Positions 62,507 through 64,000 of a DNA stretch of 64,000 nt are shown here, one piece after another. The DNA lies in contig JBNZDD010013610.1 in NCBI GenBank assembly GCA_050575255.1, forward strand, positions 1,534,366-1,598,365, in the 5' to 3' direction. A program made the translations under genes and the position numbers. The notes under the pieces are model-generated. The model searched no databases. It had not been told where the DNA came from and worked only from the letters and a program-made list of their open reading frames with translations. Position 1 is the stretch's first letter. Every line of letters starts with the position of its first letter. The stretch is from Harriotta raleighana (Eukaryota).

Positions 62507-62767
62507 CTGAAACAGTGAAATATCAGTTGATTCTATATCTGTTCCGTTGCTTCTTTTTTTGTATGTGTGGGGAGGGGTGTGGGGTCGGGGGGAAATTTTA
62601 TGTCAACAGAAGTTTGCATTGAACGAGCGAGATGCATTAGGTTCTGACATGTTATTGTGCCGAACAGGGCACTGAGTGAAGAGGCTGGTTTAGAATTCAC
62701 GGGAGGAGGATTTCGCTTGTTAGTTTTCTTAAATATTTTAATTTGCCTGAGGTCCCAAAAGATTTAG

Positions 62768-62792
62768 TGTGTGTGTTTGTGTGTGTGTGTGT
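62768..62792. repeat. (GT)n microsatellite
   Basis: Direct reading. Confidence 0.9.
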
Positions 62793-63192
62793 ATTTAAAA
62801 CATGCACACACACATTGTGTCCAATTATTTCTGCATGAAACAAACACATCTTCATTTGTAAACAATAAATAAATAAATCGGGCGAGTGTTGGGTCTTGTT
62901 AGATGAAGTGGCAGCGAAAGGGATTGGCATCAGCACTTTCTTCTCCTGTCAAAATTCCTCACTGTCCATGTGGACTCCTTCTTGCCCTAAGGCAAAGATT
63001 CATTCTGGCCGCACATCACTCTCTCTGGGTCTCTCTGTCTCTCTTTCTCCCATTGTTGGCTGTCCCCAAACTCCCAGGGCTATGATAGGATCTGCTTCTA
63101 TCTCAGCTGTGACTTCACTTGGCATGAACTTGCCTGATTTCCAGCTGTACATGTGTAGGGTCTGTGCCCTTGATGTGAAATTAATATTGTGA

Positions 63193-63206
<14 letters not shown>

Positions 63207-63236
<30 letters not shown>
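63207..63236. repeat. (TA)n microsatellite
   Basis: Direct reading; explains the IYIYIY ORFs. Confidence 0.95.
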
Positions 63237-63240
<4 letters not shown>

Positions 63241-63415
63241 CTCTCCCACTTGTCCATGGCAAGAATTCTTCACCCCTGCAACCCATTTGAAATATTTAAT
63301 TATTTTCTAATTTGTCACCAAAAATATTCCACAGCAAAAAAAATGTACAAAAAGCACTTCTCTCTTTCTCAGTTGTTAATTCCACTTCTTATTGCCCACA
63401 CCGAGATACCACATA

Positions 63416-63660
63416 TTGCCCACATATTATATACAGTTAATTCACTTTACAGTATATGCTGTGAAGCACGTTGACACATCTAGACTTTGGCGAAATGGCC
63501 TTATAGACTAAGGCTAGGTGAAATCATGAACCAGAGATAAGGAGAGCGAGTGAGCTGAATAAAACTGGTCGTAGATTTATTTTCCCAAATGCTGAAAAAG
63601 TGCAGGCTCAAAGCTGAAAAGCGCTATTCAAATGCAAGGATTATTATCATTATTATTATT
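63416..63660 (+). mobile_element. SINE 3' fragment split by about 120 bp of unrelated sequence
   Basis: 63416-63485 tacagttaattcactttacagtatatgctgtgaagc; 63616-63660 tgaaaagcgctattcaaatgcaaggattatt. Confidence 0.75.
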
Positions 63661-64000
63661 GTACCAGCTTGTAGATCAATGCTTTGAAGCCCACCTTTGA
63701 AATAACACATACGATTTTGAACTTTGCTACTATTGATTGATTGAGAAACAAACCTCCTGTGCTTAATGTATCCCATTGTCTGATTAAAGAGTGAGATGTA
63801 CAATGAAACTGAAAAGTTGTGAAATCACATTGCCATACAACTTTATTATTCATTTTGGGTGGGATAAAGCAATGGGCTTCAGCCCTCATTACAAACATAT
63901 GTCAATTACACAGTATATTTGAGCTACGTGGAAGTCATTAAGAGCACAGCTCCACTGCCCAACAACACCTTGGCTGAATAACGTTTCCCAGAGTGCAGTC

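Noticed and set aside
63824-63835. miR-23-like 12-mer atcacattgcca
   Set aside because: The match stops after 12 nt and I see no complementary arm.
1-64000. The short ORFs of the six-frame track as genes
   Set aside because: All are 162 aa or shorter, many start at non-ATG codons, and none has a recognisable domain apart from LINE ORF2 remnants; this is what non-coding vertebrate DNA yields by chance.
1-64000. CRISPR array, operon, phage or defence system
   Set aside because: The recurring 50-180-bp repeats are dispersed, in both orientations, variably diverged and end in microsatellite tails (retroposons). There is no regular repeat-spacer array and no gene-dense coding.

Overview
This is eukaryotic, non-coding-dominated vertebrate DNA: AT-rich, visibly CpG-poor, with microsatellites, one 82-N gap and one single-N join. 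The repeat content points to a cartilaginous fish, probably a chimaera such as Callorhinchus (inferred from recalled repeat consensuses, not searched). It comprises about 25 mostly 5'-truncated copies of a tRNA(Ala)-headed SINE with a (TTA)n tail, Deu-domain SINEs, L2 and CR1 LINE 3' ends (four with readable ORF2 C-terminal motifs) and Tigger/MITE relics. I recognise no complete protein-coding gene, no RNA gene and no prokaryotic system. Almost all ORFs in the supplied track are chance ORFs. The best non-repeat signals are on the minus strand: (i) three candidate phase-2 alternative last exons at 61.6-62.5 kb, one ending in a PDZ-type motif (-ISQV*); (ii) a cleanly bounded 125-nt ATG-less exon (474-350) plus a second donor at 60, suggesting the 5' end of a minus-strand gene leaving the window. 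Several enhancer-like blocks lie between them. The 1,120-bp tandem duplication at 9352-11592 is most likely an assembly artefact. I found no supportable novel biological system. Repeat boundaries are approximate (read by eye).
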